A stretch of DNA of 64,000 nucleotides. Source: Felis catus (lineage: Eukaryota). Shown one piece after another: positions 27,741 through 41,365 of the stretch. The notes beneath the pieces were generated by a model. That model was not told the DNA's origin. It made no database searches and saw nothing but the letters and a program-made list of their open reading frames with translations. The DNA lies in contig NC_058368.1 of NCBI RefSeq assembly GCF_018350175.1, positions 221,838,001-221,902,000 on the forward strand, written 5' to 3'. The translations under genes were made by a program, and so were the position numbers. The number at the start of each line of letters is the position of its first letter. The first letter of the stretch is position 1.

Positions 27741-29477
27741 CAGAAATATAAACTTTGTTCTGCCAATTTCTTTAGAAGACTATTTTCCTTCTTTTGGTTA
27801 TAGTATTGTGGGTTTCAGGTTAAGTTGCAGCTATGTGATGTGCTGTTAAATAAAAATTCCACTTCCAGTAGGTTTAAAATAGAAAGCCATTGCCTGACTC
27901 CAGGCTATCTGCCTGGTAATTGCAGAAAGAACTTCATTAGGTCCATGTAGAATGAATGAGCGCAGGTTCTATGAAATGCTGGGCAGACAATCCATCCAGC
28001 TGAGAAAAGACTTTGAAGATGATTGCCTTAGGAATTCTTGAGCACACAGGCTGAAGGAGTGACTCTAATTCAAAGAATGCAAACCTTCTTGATTTTTATG
28101 AAGACAACTACTACAACCACTGGGAAGTAACTTCTTCCTACGGGACATAATTGGCATTTTAAAAACATTTCATCTGACTGAGTTAGCCATGCAGGTTGAA
28201 ATAGAAACCAATTTACACTTGTTGGTGTTTTATGACCACATCTATGTTACATTTAAAAATAAGAGATATAGGGATGCTATCCTGAATTGAAAGTTAATCA
28301 ATAGAATAAGCCAAAGTCAAAAATGCGTGGCCATTTATGTTATGATGGTATGATGTCTTCGCATATTGGATTTTAATCATATATATTTTCAATTTAGATA
28401 AATCAAAAGACAATAAAAGAAAAGTTTAAATAGTAAAGATTGAAAGACCACAGTTTTCATAGAAACTCATAATTATGTTTCAGTAGCCATGTTTCCTCCT
28501 TCCTTACAGAATCTTTGATTATTTTTGTGGAAAAGTAGCTGGAGTTGAGGTGGAAGACACCCACAGTTTTCACAACCATGTGGTCAAATTCTGGTTAAGG
28601 AAATGTTAGCAGAGGTGGTGAGTAAAATTGCTCTCAAAGGGAAGAGAAATGATTTCTCTGTTCTTTTCTCCTCCTTCCAGCTGAATAGTGTGGGCTTAAT
28701 TTTGAAGTTCAGTTTTTGTGGAACTCTCAAGTGGAAGCTATATGTAGAATGGAGTAGTTAAATAAAAGATGCCACGCCCCACCTTCCCTAGATCACCTAC
28801 TTCAGATGGTTCTGTGTGACAGAGAAACTTCTATGCTGTTGAAATTGTGGATATTTTGATTATCACTCACAGGCAAACGTAATCCTTAAGTAATGAAGAT
28901 TATATGTGATCATGCGCTGCTCTCACTCATTATATTTATCAGTGAATTTTAAAATAAATTTTCAATGGGCATAAAATTAAATTGCCTCTTCTATTATTGT
29001 TCTTATTTATGGGCTTGATCCTTGACTCTTTGAATACAAACCTGTATTCCATCACTTTTCTAAATATTCTGTTCAAGAAGTAGTTACCGAGATTCTCCTC
29101 AGAACACTTAGGTTCAAATGTCTTAGAGAAAAGGACTCCAGCACATGATGAGGCTTGAAAGGTAAAACAAAATTACACCAGCTACTCTGGTTGAATGGAA
29201 TATTCCGTAATGTGATGAATTTTGAAGCTAAATCTCTTCCAGATTCTAGTTAGTAAGACGGAACTACTCTGAGGGAGATGTAGTTCACATTTCTCTCTTT
29301 CTAGTGAAATCCTCAGTAATCTGTACTACTAATGAAAGAGAGAGAAAGAGAAGTTGAACTAGAGAGCTAACATGAACATGAAGTCATAGGTCTTCTGCAG
29401 TTGGAATTTTTATTGAATTAAAATCCAAAAATTAAATGGGTTTGTCTTGTGGTTTGATCATTGCAAGTTTTCTACAC

Positions 29478-29602
29478 AGCAGTGGTTCTGAAAAGAGCGT
29501 GAGACACTTAAAGAGCTTGTACAAACCCCGATTGATGAGCTCTGCCCCTGAGTTTCCATTTAGCAAGTCAGGGTGCGGCCGAAGGATTTGACACATTCCC
29601 AG
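29478..29602. mobile_element. MER5A-like hAT DNA transposon fragment
   Basis: 'cagtggttct...gagcttgtacaaacc...gattgatgagctctgcccctgagtttc...acattcccag'; truncated where the LTR-like element starts. Confidence 0.55.
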
Positions 29603-30435
29603 TGTAACACAACCAACATGAGTTCACTCCTTGAGGAACTGCATCAGTCAGTAACTGCACCAGGCTCAGTTGTCACACACAAAAATACTTTTATCTGCAG
29701 CAAATAAGGAGATCGCAGGGAATGGCTTCCAAAGCCACGACTCCCCAAAGGAGGGAGAATGGGTTCCTTTTGTTTAGGATTAGGATGGATATTTGTTTAT
29801 TTACTTATTTTTTATTTTTTATGTATTTAATGTTTATTTATTTTTGAGAGACAGACAGAGTGCAAGTGGGCAGGGGCAGAGAGAGTGGGAGACACAGGTT
29901 CTGAAGCAGGCTCCAGGCTCTGAGCTGCCAGCACCGAGCCCGATGTGGGGGCTCGAACCCACAAACTGTGAGATCATGACCTGCGTCAGTCAGATGCTCA
30001 ACCGACTGAGCCACCCAGGCAACCCTAAGATGAATATTTAAATAGGGAAGACTTGTCATCTATGTAGGTGCCAGTCCTTGGGGGTTTAAGTTCAAAAGGT
30101 CTGAATGGTCTGGGTCATTTGGAGATCCTGTCAGGGCAGTGGCCATCACCTGAGGGGTGGTTTTCAGTTTCATTTGCCTAGGTTACAGGGTGAGGGGAAA
30201 AGAAAAGCTTAAGGAAAAATGTACGGCAAAGGTTAGTGAATACAAGCAGGTGGGCAGTAAATGTCAGGTGTTGGCATCTAGTTGGCAACACCAGGGGATG
30301 CTGACGATGTGGATCCATGGACATTTTCAGAATTTTTTCTCTAAAGCACTGAGGATTCATGCCTAGTAGCCCAAATGAGTGTAGACTGCACGATAAGAGG
30401 GATTGCAGTTGTAAATTGGTGGCCCACAGGACTCA
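29603..30435 (-). mobile_element. LTR-like element (family unassigned) containing a SINE
   Basis: Begins tgtaac on +, composition resembles an antisense LTR, interrupts the MER5-like fragment. Confidence 0.5.
29792..30025 (-). mobile_element. Can-SINE
   Basis: TSD-like taggatggatattt / taagatgaatattt. Confidence 0.93.
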
Positions 30436-30481
30436 TATGTTGAGTCCTGTGGGCCACCAATTTACAACTGCAATCCCTCTT
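30395..30481. repeat. Perfect inverted repeat with 41-bp arms and a 5-nt spacer
   Basis: aagagggattgcagttgtaaattggtggcccacaggactca - tatgt - tgagtcctgtgggccaccaatttacaactgcaatccctctt. Confidence 0.97.
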
Positions 30482-30497
30482 GACCTTTCTTGTATTT

Positions 30498-30775
30498 GTA
30501 TTAGGAGGTGGAGCAATTGGTGGGTGACTAGGCCATGAGGGTGGAGCCTGAATGGGATTGGTCCCTTCTGCAAGAAAGCCCAGAGAGTTTTCCACAAGCT
30601 CACCATGTGAGTACACAGGGAGAGGATGGGCTGTGACCCAAGAAGTGGGCACTCATCAGACCCTGAATCTGCTAGCACGTTGACCTTGGACTTCCCAGAC
30701 TACAGAACTGTAAGAAATAAATTTCTGTCGTTTAAGCCACTCAATCAATGGTAATTTATTACAGTGGCTCAAATA
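30498..30775 (+). mobile_element. MaLR (MLT1A-like) LTR, 5'-truncated
   Basis: 'gtattaggaggtgg...ttgaccttggacttcccagactacagaactgtaagaaataaatttctg'. Confidence 0.85.
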
Positions 30776-31394
30776 TAGTGGTGTGGGAAAAAGTATCTGT
30801 TAATACTACCAAAGATCATACTATCATGTTTTGGAAAATGTGTGGCAACAGTGCTAAAAAGGGACTGAATGACACTTAACCCATTTATATTCACAACAAA
30901 AGCCTGCGTTTAAGTGCTGACATTAGATAAGACAAAGTCTGAGTAACAACAACAACAACAAAAGTGTGCGATAGACTAGGACTGCCCCCTGTTGCTGGCT
31001 CCTCTGAGCAGAGAGGAATGAAGTTGAGGCCGACGTGGCGTTTAGATTACTAAAATAAGCCTTCTGTAGAAGAGTGGGTGCTACCCTCAAAACATGTGGG
31101 AAGCTTTGAAAAAATTCAATTTGAAATCCTCACCTAAACCACTGATGGAGTTTACCTTGTGATCTCTGTTCACTTTTAGATAAGAATGGCAGGTGCTTTT
31201 GTTACACATGACCGTAGCCATTGGGAAATAATGCTACGGCGAAGGGGGATGGCTTTTAGAGGCTAGAAGCCCTTCCTCTTCTAGCAATGGAATCACTCAG
31301 AGTTAATACTTCCTGCATCACATCTTCTTTCACTAACCTTCTTGCTCCCCTGATGAGGACCTTGTGGTTACATTGGGCCCATCTGGGTACTAAG

Positions 31395-32130
31395 AGGAAA
31401 CAAATAAGCCAAATAAAAATGGGCCGAGACTTATGTAGCCCTTTCACCTAAGAAACTATACAACTATCTATTCACATGAAAGGATGTTCAACATCATTAG
31501 GCATTACGGGAATGCAAAATAAGAGAGCACTCCTCATTGACAAGAAGGGCTAGAATCCAACACACTGTTAATATCAAGTGTTGGTAAGAATATGAAGAAA
31601 CCAAATCCCCCATTTGTTGCTATTAAAAATGTAAAATGGGGGCACCTGGGTGGCTCAGTCGGTTGAGCGTCCGACTTCCGCTCAGGTCATAATCCCACAG
31701 TTTGTGGGTTCAAGCCCCACATCAAGCTTTGTGCTGACAGCTCAAATTCTGTGTCTCCCTCTCTCTCTGCCCCTCTCTTGCTCATGCTCTGGGTCTCTTT
31801 CTCTCTTTGAAAAATAAATAAATATTTTTTAAAAAACTAAAAAAATTTCTTAAAATCAAACACATATTTGTATATGGCCCAGGATTCTATTCCTAGGTAT
31901 CTCCTGAAGCAAAATTAAAATCCATATTTACACAAACACTTGTAGTAAATGTTCCCAGGAACAAACTGGAAACAACCCAGTCATCATCAACTGGGGAATG
32001 GAAAACAAAATACCGGGCACCAGCACAGTGCTACGCTCAACAGTAAAAAGAAATAAGCCACAGATACATCTTGCAACATGGATAAATCTCAAAATCATTA
32101 TGTAAGAAGGAAATATCAAATATGACAATA
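31395..32130 (+). mobile_element. L1 3'-end fragments with an inserted Can-SINE (31638-31835)
   Basis: 'catgaaaggatgttcaacatcattaggcattacgggaatgcaaaat', 'aaactggaaacaacccag'. Confidence 0.75.
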
Positions 32131-32961
32131 TTTTCAGGGGTTATTTTGTTTTATTTAAAATATTGTAAGTAATTTTAAATGACAGGTATTAAAAAATTTA
32201 GATAAGGAAATAAAAATACATCAATCCACATCAGAAAAGCCTAAAGGTCATAGACTCTACAAAACAATTGGAAGCAAGTTCCCCAGCTTCCTGCTAAGAA
32301 AGGCTTTTTCAGGAAACACATTAAGAAGCTTAAATTTCTAATCCTTCAAACTGACTGGGTGCTTGAAATCTGGAAATGCCACAAACCAGCAAATTGAAAC
32401 TAGTCCTGTATAACATAAAACCCATGGAGAGAAACCACAATTAAGCAAGTAAAAGATTTAGAAGCAAGGCTTATTTTTAACAAGGGCTATCAGGTTACAA
32501 AGCTGGCAGACAATGGAAAGAGCTGAACAAAAAAATGTCTTTAGGCTCTTAGGGCTCCTCACTTTTCAATTACAAAAATATTTATTAGAATTAATCATTT
32601 GCAATATAGACATACTGTGCAGCTTAGTAAAACTCTTTTAGTTTCATTCCCTCCTAAATACCTATGTTTATTTGCCAATCCCCGTGCTTTGATTTAGCTT
32701 GGAGCCAGCCTCATGATGTATAGTTGCATGACCTGACATGCCCGGGATTCAATTCAGATTCAACTAAGTGAACTTAACCAATGCCAATAATAATAATAAA
32801 TAATGATGATAATAAAATAATAATAATAAGCCTCAATTTTCTCATCTACTAAGGGGAATAATAACATTCACTTTGGCATGGTTTTTATTTTGGGATGTTG
32901 AAGTGTGTGTTTAATAGTCTTCCCTACAGTATGTGTTTAGGATAGGCAGAATTCTACCTAA

Positions 32962-33180
32962 AAATTTTTGTTTTGTTTAAAGTTTATTCATTTTTGAGAG
33001 AGAGAGAGAGAGAGAGAGAGCAGGGGAGGGGCAAAGAGAGATGGAAACAGAATCCAAAGCAGGCTCCAGGCTCTAGGCTATCAGCACGGAACCTAACATG
33101 GGTCTTGAACCCAGGAACCATGAGATTATGACCTGAGCCAAAGTTGAACTGCTTAACTGACTGAGACACCCAGGTGCCCC
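32962..33180 (-). mobile_element. Can-SINE
   Basis: TSD-like taggataggcagaattct / tagggtaggcagaattct. Confidence 0.93.
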
Positions 33181-33725
33181 TAGGGTAGGCAGAATTCTCA
33201 AGGTAAACCCCAGGTCCCAAGACTTCTGATGCTTCTTTATTGAACACCGGTGAAATTAGGTGCTGCTTTAAAGGGATGTTACAGATGAAAACAAAGATCC
33301 AAGCCAGTTGACCTGTAATTACTCCTATAATCCAGGTGGGACTGACTCAATTATGTCAACTCTTGTAAAAACAGAATTGGCTTCAGCTTCAAAAAATAGG
33401 AGGGATGTGATGCACCATCACTGTCTTGAAGATGGAGGGAGCCAGAGGATAAGGAATCATGTGGGCTCTAGCTGGGAGTGGTTTCCAGCTGGCAGCCATC
33501 AGGGATGTTGGGATCTCTGAAATCACAAGAATAGGATTTAGCTAACACCTGAATGAGCTTGGAAGTGGATTCTTCCCCTAAAGGCTCCAAGTTGTATGAT
33601 ACAAACAAAGGACCCAGCGGTGCCTACCCAGACTTTTCAACTATAGGTCTGTGAGATAGTAAATGGATGTTGTTTTAAACCACTCCATTGTGGTAATTGG
33701 TATGCAGCAATAGAGAACAGATGCA
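33181..33725 (+). mobile_element. MaLR (MLT1D/E-like) LTR; its 5' start (~32930) is cut off by the SINE
   Basis: 'cctgaatgagcttggaagtggattcttcccc' and 3' 'ggatgttgttttaaaccact...tatgcagcaatagagaac'. Confidence 0.8.
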
Positions 33726-36700
33726 GTTATTAATAAAATATAGTTCCTCCCTCCCTTTCATACAGGTAGATAGAAACAACGATTAAATGCAACACTCTGC
33801 TATGCATGATGACTGTAGACTGATAATTTCTAAAATTTGTAAAACCCCTTTATAGAGTTCTTTTAATTTCTATCTGAAAAATACAACCAATTATAATACC
33901 TTATTGCACTGATGAAGTCATTCTTACAATCAGAGTAATTTAATATATGAAGTTCTTCTGGATCCTTATTTAGCTGTTTTCCCACTGGATGGTACAACCT
34001 CCACATTTCAGTAAATGCAGTAAATTCAAAGTGGAGGTATATACCCATAACATATTTAGAATCATGGTGAAACAAAATCATAATTTACCTGGCAAGTTTT
34101 GAGTAGTTAGAATTGATTACGGGTTAGATAATTTGCATTTGTCTTAATTCAGGCATATGTCCATTATAGAGATACATCAAGGCAGAATACAGCTGTTTCG
34201 AATCCATTTCTACTGACTCTGCCTTCCTATGTGATACGTTGTCCAAGTGGGAGTCAAAGGGAGTGCCTGAGTCTATGCAAAGGTCTAGCTTGATAGAAAT
34301 TTATAACCTAGTCAACTCACTTTGTGAGTTTTCTCACAAATATGCTTATGCATCTAAAAAATTGCAACGATGTAGATCCAGGTACAATTAATTCTCACTA
34401 TCTTAAAAAGTTATTTGGTTTGCCTTGAGTGTCTTTGCCTTGGTCCCCACCCACTGCAACCATTGTTGCTGTGGCTGCCTTGACTGCATATGGCCTCAGC
34501 TCCTGATAGCGATGGTCTTGAGTTACTGAGCCCGAGGTTTAACATATTTGAGGTAATTGATGACAAAGTGGCCACACTGAATCACTAGAAACTAATGGAC
34601 AAGGATCGTGTGAAAAACAAGGAAGAAGGAGGGCAAGTCAGAGACACTAGAGCATCTTGGGATATGCAAAATCCTGAGACCAGGGAGCAACCTGAGGATA
34701 CTGATGATGCCAAACTAATTGGAAAGTCAAGAGAAGGGGTGGAACAAGTCCACCAGAGGGAAGATGAAGAATCAGAACAAGGTGACCATTGGACTAAAGG
34801 TGATAAAGAGAAAACAGAAGATGTCTTTAGGGATACTCTTTTGCCCTCTGTTTTCAGTTTGTTAGTGAAGATTTTGCCTTTGTAGTAGAGCACATCGCCT
34901 TCATGGAGTAACAGAAGGACCCGTATTCAGTGACTGCCTGGACAGGGGATCCCAGCGAAGGTCACAAGGAAACTTCAAGTACAATGGGCCCAATGAGGAG
35001 CCACATTCCACATGGAAAATGTTGATCGTGAAAGAAAGAATGCTGACCTCAAACAACCTCCAATAGTAGGAGGTAGAAAATCTTGAGTTTAACTTAAATT
35101 TCTGAGACGTGCAGTAAATGGAAAACCAATGTTGAAGAGGAAATGTATTTTTAAAATGAAAAAGAACTTTGAGGAGGACAATGAAAGTGAAAATCCCGAA
35201 GCAAGGGCACTCAGCTTTCTCTGCACATTGGGATTGCCCCTGGGGGATGTTTCCTCATCTCCAGAGACCAAACCGAGAGGTATGTATTTTAAGTTGAAGC
35301 CTATTCCAGAAGTAAAAACCATATTTTTAAAAGTTTATCTATCACTGGTCTGGTAATAAGGAAAAGTGGTTTGAGTCCTATAATTGCTGTTACCAGTTGA
35401 GTAACATCAGGCAATTTCTGTTTTAATCTTCACACCAGTATTTTATTTATAAAATGAAATGTTTAGTTTATAGATGACATCTCTATACCTATCTGTATAT
35501 CTCCCTATATAGCACATTTTGAGATCAGATTGCCTTGGGTTGCCTGGGGATTTACCTCTTTTTTTTTTTTTTTTTCTTACTGCAAGGACTGGGCCCAGTT
35601 ATCTGACTTCCTTTCACTCATTTTCCTCTGCTGAAAAAGGAAGGTAGTTTCTTCTTCACAGTACAGGAGTAAATAAGATAGTATATATGTAAGTAAACAA
35701 ATAATACTTGGAACATATTAATCCTTTAACTAGAAGCTCATATATTTATATAAATTTTAAAATACAATGATAGGATATAGATGTTCAGTATTCTCTTCAA
35801 TAACACAGAGACAAATTTATATAGCATAGTATAATAGATATCTATGTAATTAATAATATATTACAAGCATTTTGCAATATACCCTAAATTTGTATATTGC
35901 TTATGTTAAGATTAGTGTACATGACACCAGTTCTCAGAGTGTGAATTAGAAATCAACTATTTTTTTTTAATTTTTAGGTGATTAAAAATCATGTTTACTG
36001 TTTTTCAAGTATTTCATTTTTTAATGGCAAACAAATATTTGTTTACATTTAAATCAAATTGAAAGCCATTCTTAAAATTTGTTGTAGGTAAGGAGACCAG
36101 ACAAAGAACAATGGGAAATTAACATCAACCCCACTAATGCTTTTATGTACTATAATCTATTTGACACCATTAACACAAAAAAGTATCCAGCATCATTTGG
36201 TATGCACTTCAGATAGAAATGCTATTAGTTTCTTTTCAAAATTGAAAATAGTTTATTCACAAACTATTAATGTACTTTAATTTGGTTTGCTATTGGAGAA
36301 GGTAATTGCTCTATTTTATAATCAATTAGTGAAATAGTTACAAATAGCAGAAATGAACAAGAAGGACATTTTATCTAATTTCGTGAGCTATTGTTTAAAA
36401 GCTTTAATCTGAGAAAAGAGATAATTGAATGACATTTTTATCGTCAGTACTCACAGCGCCAAATTATTAAAGCATCAACCTTAATAATCAGAGTAACTAT
36501 AAAGGGCTTACATTCGCTTTTCACAAAGCTTAGACATTTATTTAAGAACATTAAACCTGGATAGAATGACGACGTACCAATACGCATATCTTTCAATATA
36601 TATTTCCACAATATTAGAATGACTCAATAGGAAACACTAGAAAACTTACAGTTGGAAACAATGGGAAGAGATTATATTTGTTCAGAAAAATATCAATGGG

Positions 36701-38353
36701 AGTATCAACAGAAAAAAATAACCTTGAAATAATTACCATTGTTTTAAATTGCAGAAATATTTACTTCAAACTCTTCTGCTTACCTTAGAGGCATTAACTT
36801 ATTACTGAATTTTTTATCTGATTAAAAATACTTACATTATTTGGCTGGTTATCATAATAGAAGTGTTATGGTTTACTACATGGTAAAATGTTTGTGTAAA
36901 GAATGGTAAAACCTTCTTTAGTAAAGGTCGATGTGACTGTTTTGTGAAAATGAGCAAATATAAGTAGAGCTTCATTGGTTTCAGTGAAGAGAGTTTCAGG
37001 GAAGGTGAAAAAAAGAGGTGACTGAAATTTATGGGATGTATAAAGAAGTAAGAGAAAATAAGGGTGGAAAGATAATTTCAGGCAGGTAATGAATATCTGA
37101 TTAAGGAACACAGATTTTATTATATGGACATGGGGAGAGTGTAAAGTCTTTTGAGAAGCGAGTTATCAGGTTATTGCAATATTTCCAGAAAGGATGAGAG
37201 ATGACAAGTATTGAGCTCCTTGTTTTCTGAGGGTCAGAGTTCACATAGCTGTAAGTAGGAGGTCTACAATATGAGCTAAGAAAGCCTCCCTTCCTTCTAT
37301 TGCACCGCATTGCAAAGTAATGTAGAACGGATGGAAAGAGAACTAACGTTGAGATTCCTAGAAATAACCAAGTGAAGGAAAGGGCTGCTTTAGAAAATGA
37401 GGACAGGAAAGAGAGAGATTGCCATTTTGGGGTTTACAACGTGTGCACAGGGAAAATAAGAGTGAAATGATATAGAAGCAAAGAAGTTGTCACGATCCAC
37501 AGCTAGAAATTCTTCTTCCAATATGTTTGGGGGTGGGTAATGAGGAGAGGTTATAGGGCACAGAAAAAAAATAGTAGTAAACCTCCTGGAAACACAGAAT
37601 TCACATTCTGTGATGTTAAACGTAGAAATCTGGCATTGAGACAGAATTAGTCTCAGGACACACAGTGCATCCTAAGCTACAATAAACCAAGACACTTTTT
37701 TTCACTGACAAGGTTGAAAAAGGACAATAATTAAGACAAAGCTATTTCATTTGTAGATTAGAAATCCATGGCAATTAGACATGGAATTAGGCATCAACAT
37801 AAGATTACTCGGTGGAAATGAAGAACTAGTTGAATTTTGATAAAGCGAATTTCTAGAACTGCGCAGTTTTCTTAACATACTTCACCAATTCCACCAAATG
37901 CTAGAATAAGAAAAGAGAAAGTCAAAGACGTCTGACACTTTGGACTGACTTGCTAACCATTTATTGAATCGGCTTTAATACAATTGGCATGTTGGAAAGA
38001 ACAGCAGGGTTGTCACCCTCACTGTTTATTAGTTAGATGGAGGAAATGAAAGACAGTAACTAGAGAACCTTATAAGAATGTTGACGGTATTTACCATTAC
38101 AAAGATATGGGAGCTCCTATCTGTGAGATGCTTTTAGCAGGATATATCTGGTCTATGCGTATCGCTTACTGTAAGCCCAGACGTTATGAATTGATGAGGC
38201 AAGGCCGACAGGAGACTATAAAGCCTGGTAATACAAGCATATTTTTTGTCCTTTAACGAACAGTATACAAAAAAAGGAGTTTTGAAATCAAAACAGCTGT
38301 TTTTGGTGGTGCATTACTCAAAACCTCTTCTATTAATAGGAAATCACAACCTG

Positions 38354-38571
38354 TTTCTTTTTGTTGTTGTTGTTTATTTATTTTTGAGAGAGACAGAGAC
38401 AAAGCATGTGTGGGGGAGGGGCAGAGAGCGAGGGAGACACAGAATCCAAAGCAGGCTCCAGGTTCTGAGCTGTCAGCACAGAGCCCAAAGCGGGGCTCGA
38501 ACTCATGAACTGGGAGATCATTACCTGAGCCAAAGTTGGACGCTTAACCGAATGAGCCACCCAGGCACCCC
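38354..38571 (-). mobile_element. Can-SINE
   Basis: TSD-like aatcacaacctgtttc / aatcacagcctgtttc. Confidence 0.94.
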
Positions 38572-39869
38572 AATCACAGCCTGTTTCAATAAAGGAAAAA
38601 GAGGCACTCTTAGAAGTTGCTTCAGACGTTTTTGGTACCTCCAGAGAAACAAAATTCTTCAGTGTTTATTGCTTTTCTCTTTGATTTGAATCATCAGTAA
38701 AGTTTGGTGTGAAAATGTCCATAAGAATATTTTAGCAGTTAACCTTTCTTTTAACACGGGTAATTATCTGTGAGTCTTTGGAAAATTAGTATTCATTTTT
38801 ACTCATTGAAGATAAGGGCAAATTTCATATTATTTTTATTACTATTGTCCAAATTATACATATGGAGAAAAGTGGAGTATCCTTTTTCTCTAATATGGTC
38901 CATCCATTGAAGAATTACCCTTTCACTGGTATTTCTAATTTCAATGTACATGTAATATTTATATTTGGCTCAATTATTTTAAAATTGCTTTGCACATCAC
39001 TTAATTCAATAAACCTTATTCAAGATAAAACTAAGTTTCACTGAATATCTAATATGTCCTTGGCATTTTACACACATTGGCAGAACAATCCGTGAAAAGA
39101 ATGTTTGATTGACTTTATCCATGAGACTAATGAGATATAGGAAAGTTAAGAAAAAAATAAAGTTACTCTCAGCAAATCTGAAACTTTTTTTTTTGCCCTG
39201 GGGGTTATATCTTCCCTCATATTTTGCAATTGCTAGAAAATATGGCATATTAAGTAACAAAATCCCTCATGCTTCAGCCTGTGGTCTCCCCTTCATTTCA
39301 TTTTACCTCATTTGGTTTCTAGCTTGGTTCCGTTTTCATTTTTGCTTCCTTTTTGCCCTGTCAAATAGGTCATTTTTGCATTACACTTGTCTGACCTACC
39401 CCTATCTTTAGGCATGTGTTTGTTTCATCAGACAATCATCTGACATGTTTCTAAAGGCAAAAATGTAATTTCTAGGGAACTATGTGCTAGTTTTAGATCC
39501 AGATCCGAGGTTATGTAACAACTATTTTTTTCCTAATTTGGCCCGTTCGTATATGAAGACAGTCTAATTATGTCATTGCAACAAATATCCCACAGACCTT
39601 CAATCACAAATATTTGATGGTTAGGCTATGGGCTTTTTCCCTGTATCCTTACTCCAGGATCCAGGCATCATTATTATTTTTTTTATTGGAAAATAATGGT
39701 TCTCCACTACTTCATCCATTTAGTGATTTGTTTGTGTAACACATAGTCATGTACTAAGGGTTTATAAAATATTAACTCATTGCTGGGTGTTTTCCTATCT
39801 TTTCAGAATAAAAAGTGTGTTCATTTGTGTGATATTTTGCTCCAATGTGTTCAAATGAATATAACAGCT

Positions 39870-40065
39870 TTATTTTACTTTTTAAATGTTTATTTATTTA
39901 TTTATTTTGAAAAGACGTGGGGATGTGTAGAGAGAGAGGGAGAGACAGGATCCCAAGCAGCCTCCACACTATCAGCACAGGGCTCCATCTCACAAACTGT
40001 GAGATTATGATCTGAGCCCAAATCAAGAGTTGGTCGCTTAATGGACTGAGCTACCTGGGCACCCC
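39870..40065 (-). mobile_element. Can-SINE
   Basis: Antisense head and tail. Confidence 0.9.
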
Positions 40066-40090
40066 AGCAGCTTATTTTAGGAAAAAAAAA

Positions 40091-40107
40091 TATATATATA
40101 TATATAT

Positions 40108-40152
<45 letters not shown>
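40091..40152. repeat. (TA)n(TG)n microsatellite
   Basis: Direct read. Confidence 0.95.
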
Positions 40153-40154
<2 letters not shown>

Positions 40155-40701
40155 GTTGTGGTTTTAGAGATTCTTAACAAGAAAAGCAAAGAATTATGTA
40201 CTAATGAGAATTTACACATTATACACATATTTTAGACACATGCATATAAGATATACATCTTGATGTGTTTATGTATAAATTCTTCACATGTATATAACCT
40301 CATGTTTATATGTAAATTATACATGTGTATAATACACATATATAAAAGCGTATTCATAAATGTGTATATATGCACACATACATACATGATACATATATAT
40401 GGGGTATATGTAACTTTTTATACTTTAAACTAAATAAAAGACCAAAAGAACAATGTAGTAATAGGAATGTGAAAATTTGATCTTTTAAAAAGTAAACTAA
40501 AATGTGTGGTAGTGGTGAAATGCCAGTTTTCAGCTATAAGATGATTCACCTTACTTGGCCCACTAACTAGTCCAGATATCTCACTTTGAAACAAGAAATG
40601 TCATCAAATAAATCACTGGAGAGCTGTACTACTCCTTGATCTTCTAAGCGGAGATGAGCAAAACTCAGATCAGCAAATTCAATGTTCAGAAGCTATAGTT
40701 T

Positions 40702-40946
40702 AAAAGTGCTTAACATGTGCTTGTTGGCCATCCGGATGTCTTCTTTAGAGAAGTGTCTATTCATGTTTTCTGCCCATTTCTTCACGGGTGGGAGGGAGGA
40801 GAGGGTGGGTGATGGGTATTGAGGAGGGCACCTTTTGGGATGAGCACTGGGTGTTGTATGGAAACCAATTTGTCAATAAATTTCATATATAAAATAAATA
40901 AATAAATAAATAAATAAATCCAATGGTAAAAAAAAAGTGCTTAACA
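40702..40946 (+). mobile_element. Young, short L1 insertion with 5' inversion
   Basis: Perfect TSD aaaagtgcttaaca at 40702-40715 and 40933-40946; inverted ORF2 piece 40716-40785 (minus strand [23 protein letters not shown]); sense 3'UTR 40786-40880; (AAAT)n tail. Confidence 0.92.
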
Positions 40947-40999
40947 ATGTAAGCTTCTGTATGAATCTACTTTGGATTAATATGTGAGGCTCAATGTTA

Positions 41000-41365
41000 G
41001 TATTATAGGCTGAGTTATGTTCTCCAAAAATTAATATGTTGATGTCCTCACCCTCCAGTACCTTAGAATGGAGATAGGGTCCGTAAAGACGTAATTATGT
41101 TAAAACAAGGTCATTAGGGTGAGCTTTAAACCGGTATGGCTAATGTCCTTAAAAGAAGGGGAATTAAGACAGAGAGTAGACCACGAAAATACGCAGTTAG
41201 GATAGGGCTATCTGCCAACCACTGAGAAAGATCTCAGAAAAAAACATTCTTGCTGACACCTTGATCTTACACTTCCAACCTCAAGAATTGTGAGGAAATA
41301 AATTTCTGTTTATTAAGCCATCCAGTCTATGGTATTTTGTTATGGCAGCCTGAGTAACTAATACA
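41000..41365 (+). mobile_element. MaLR (MLT1B-like) LTR
   Basis: 'tattataggctgagttatgttctcc...gctgacaccttgatctt...ggtattttgttatggcagcctgagtaactaataca'. Confidence 0.85.
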
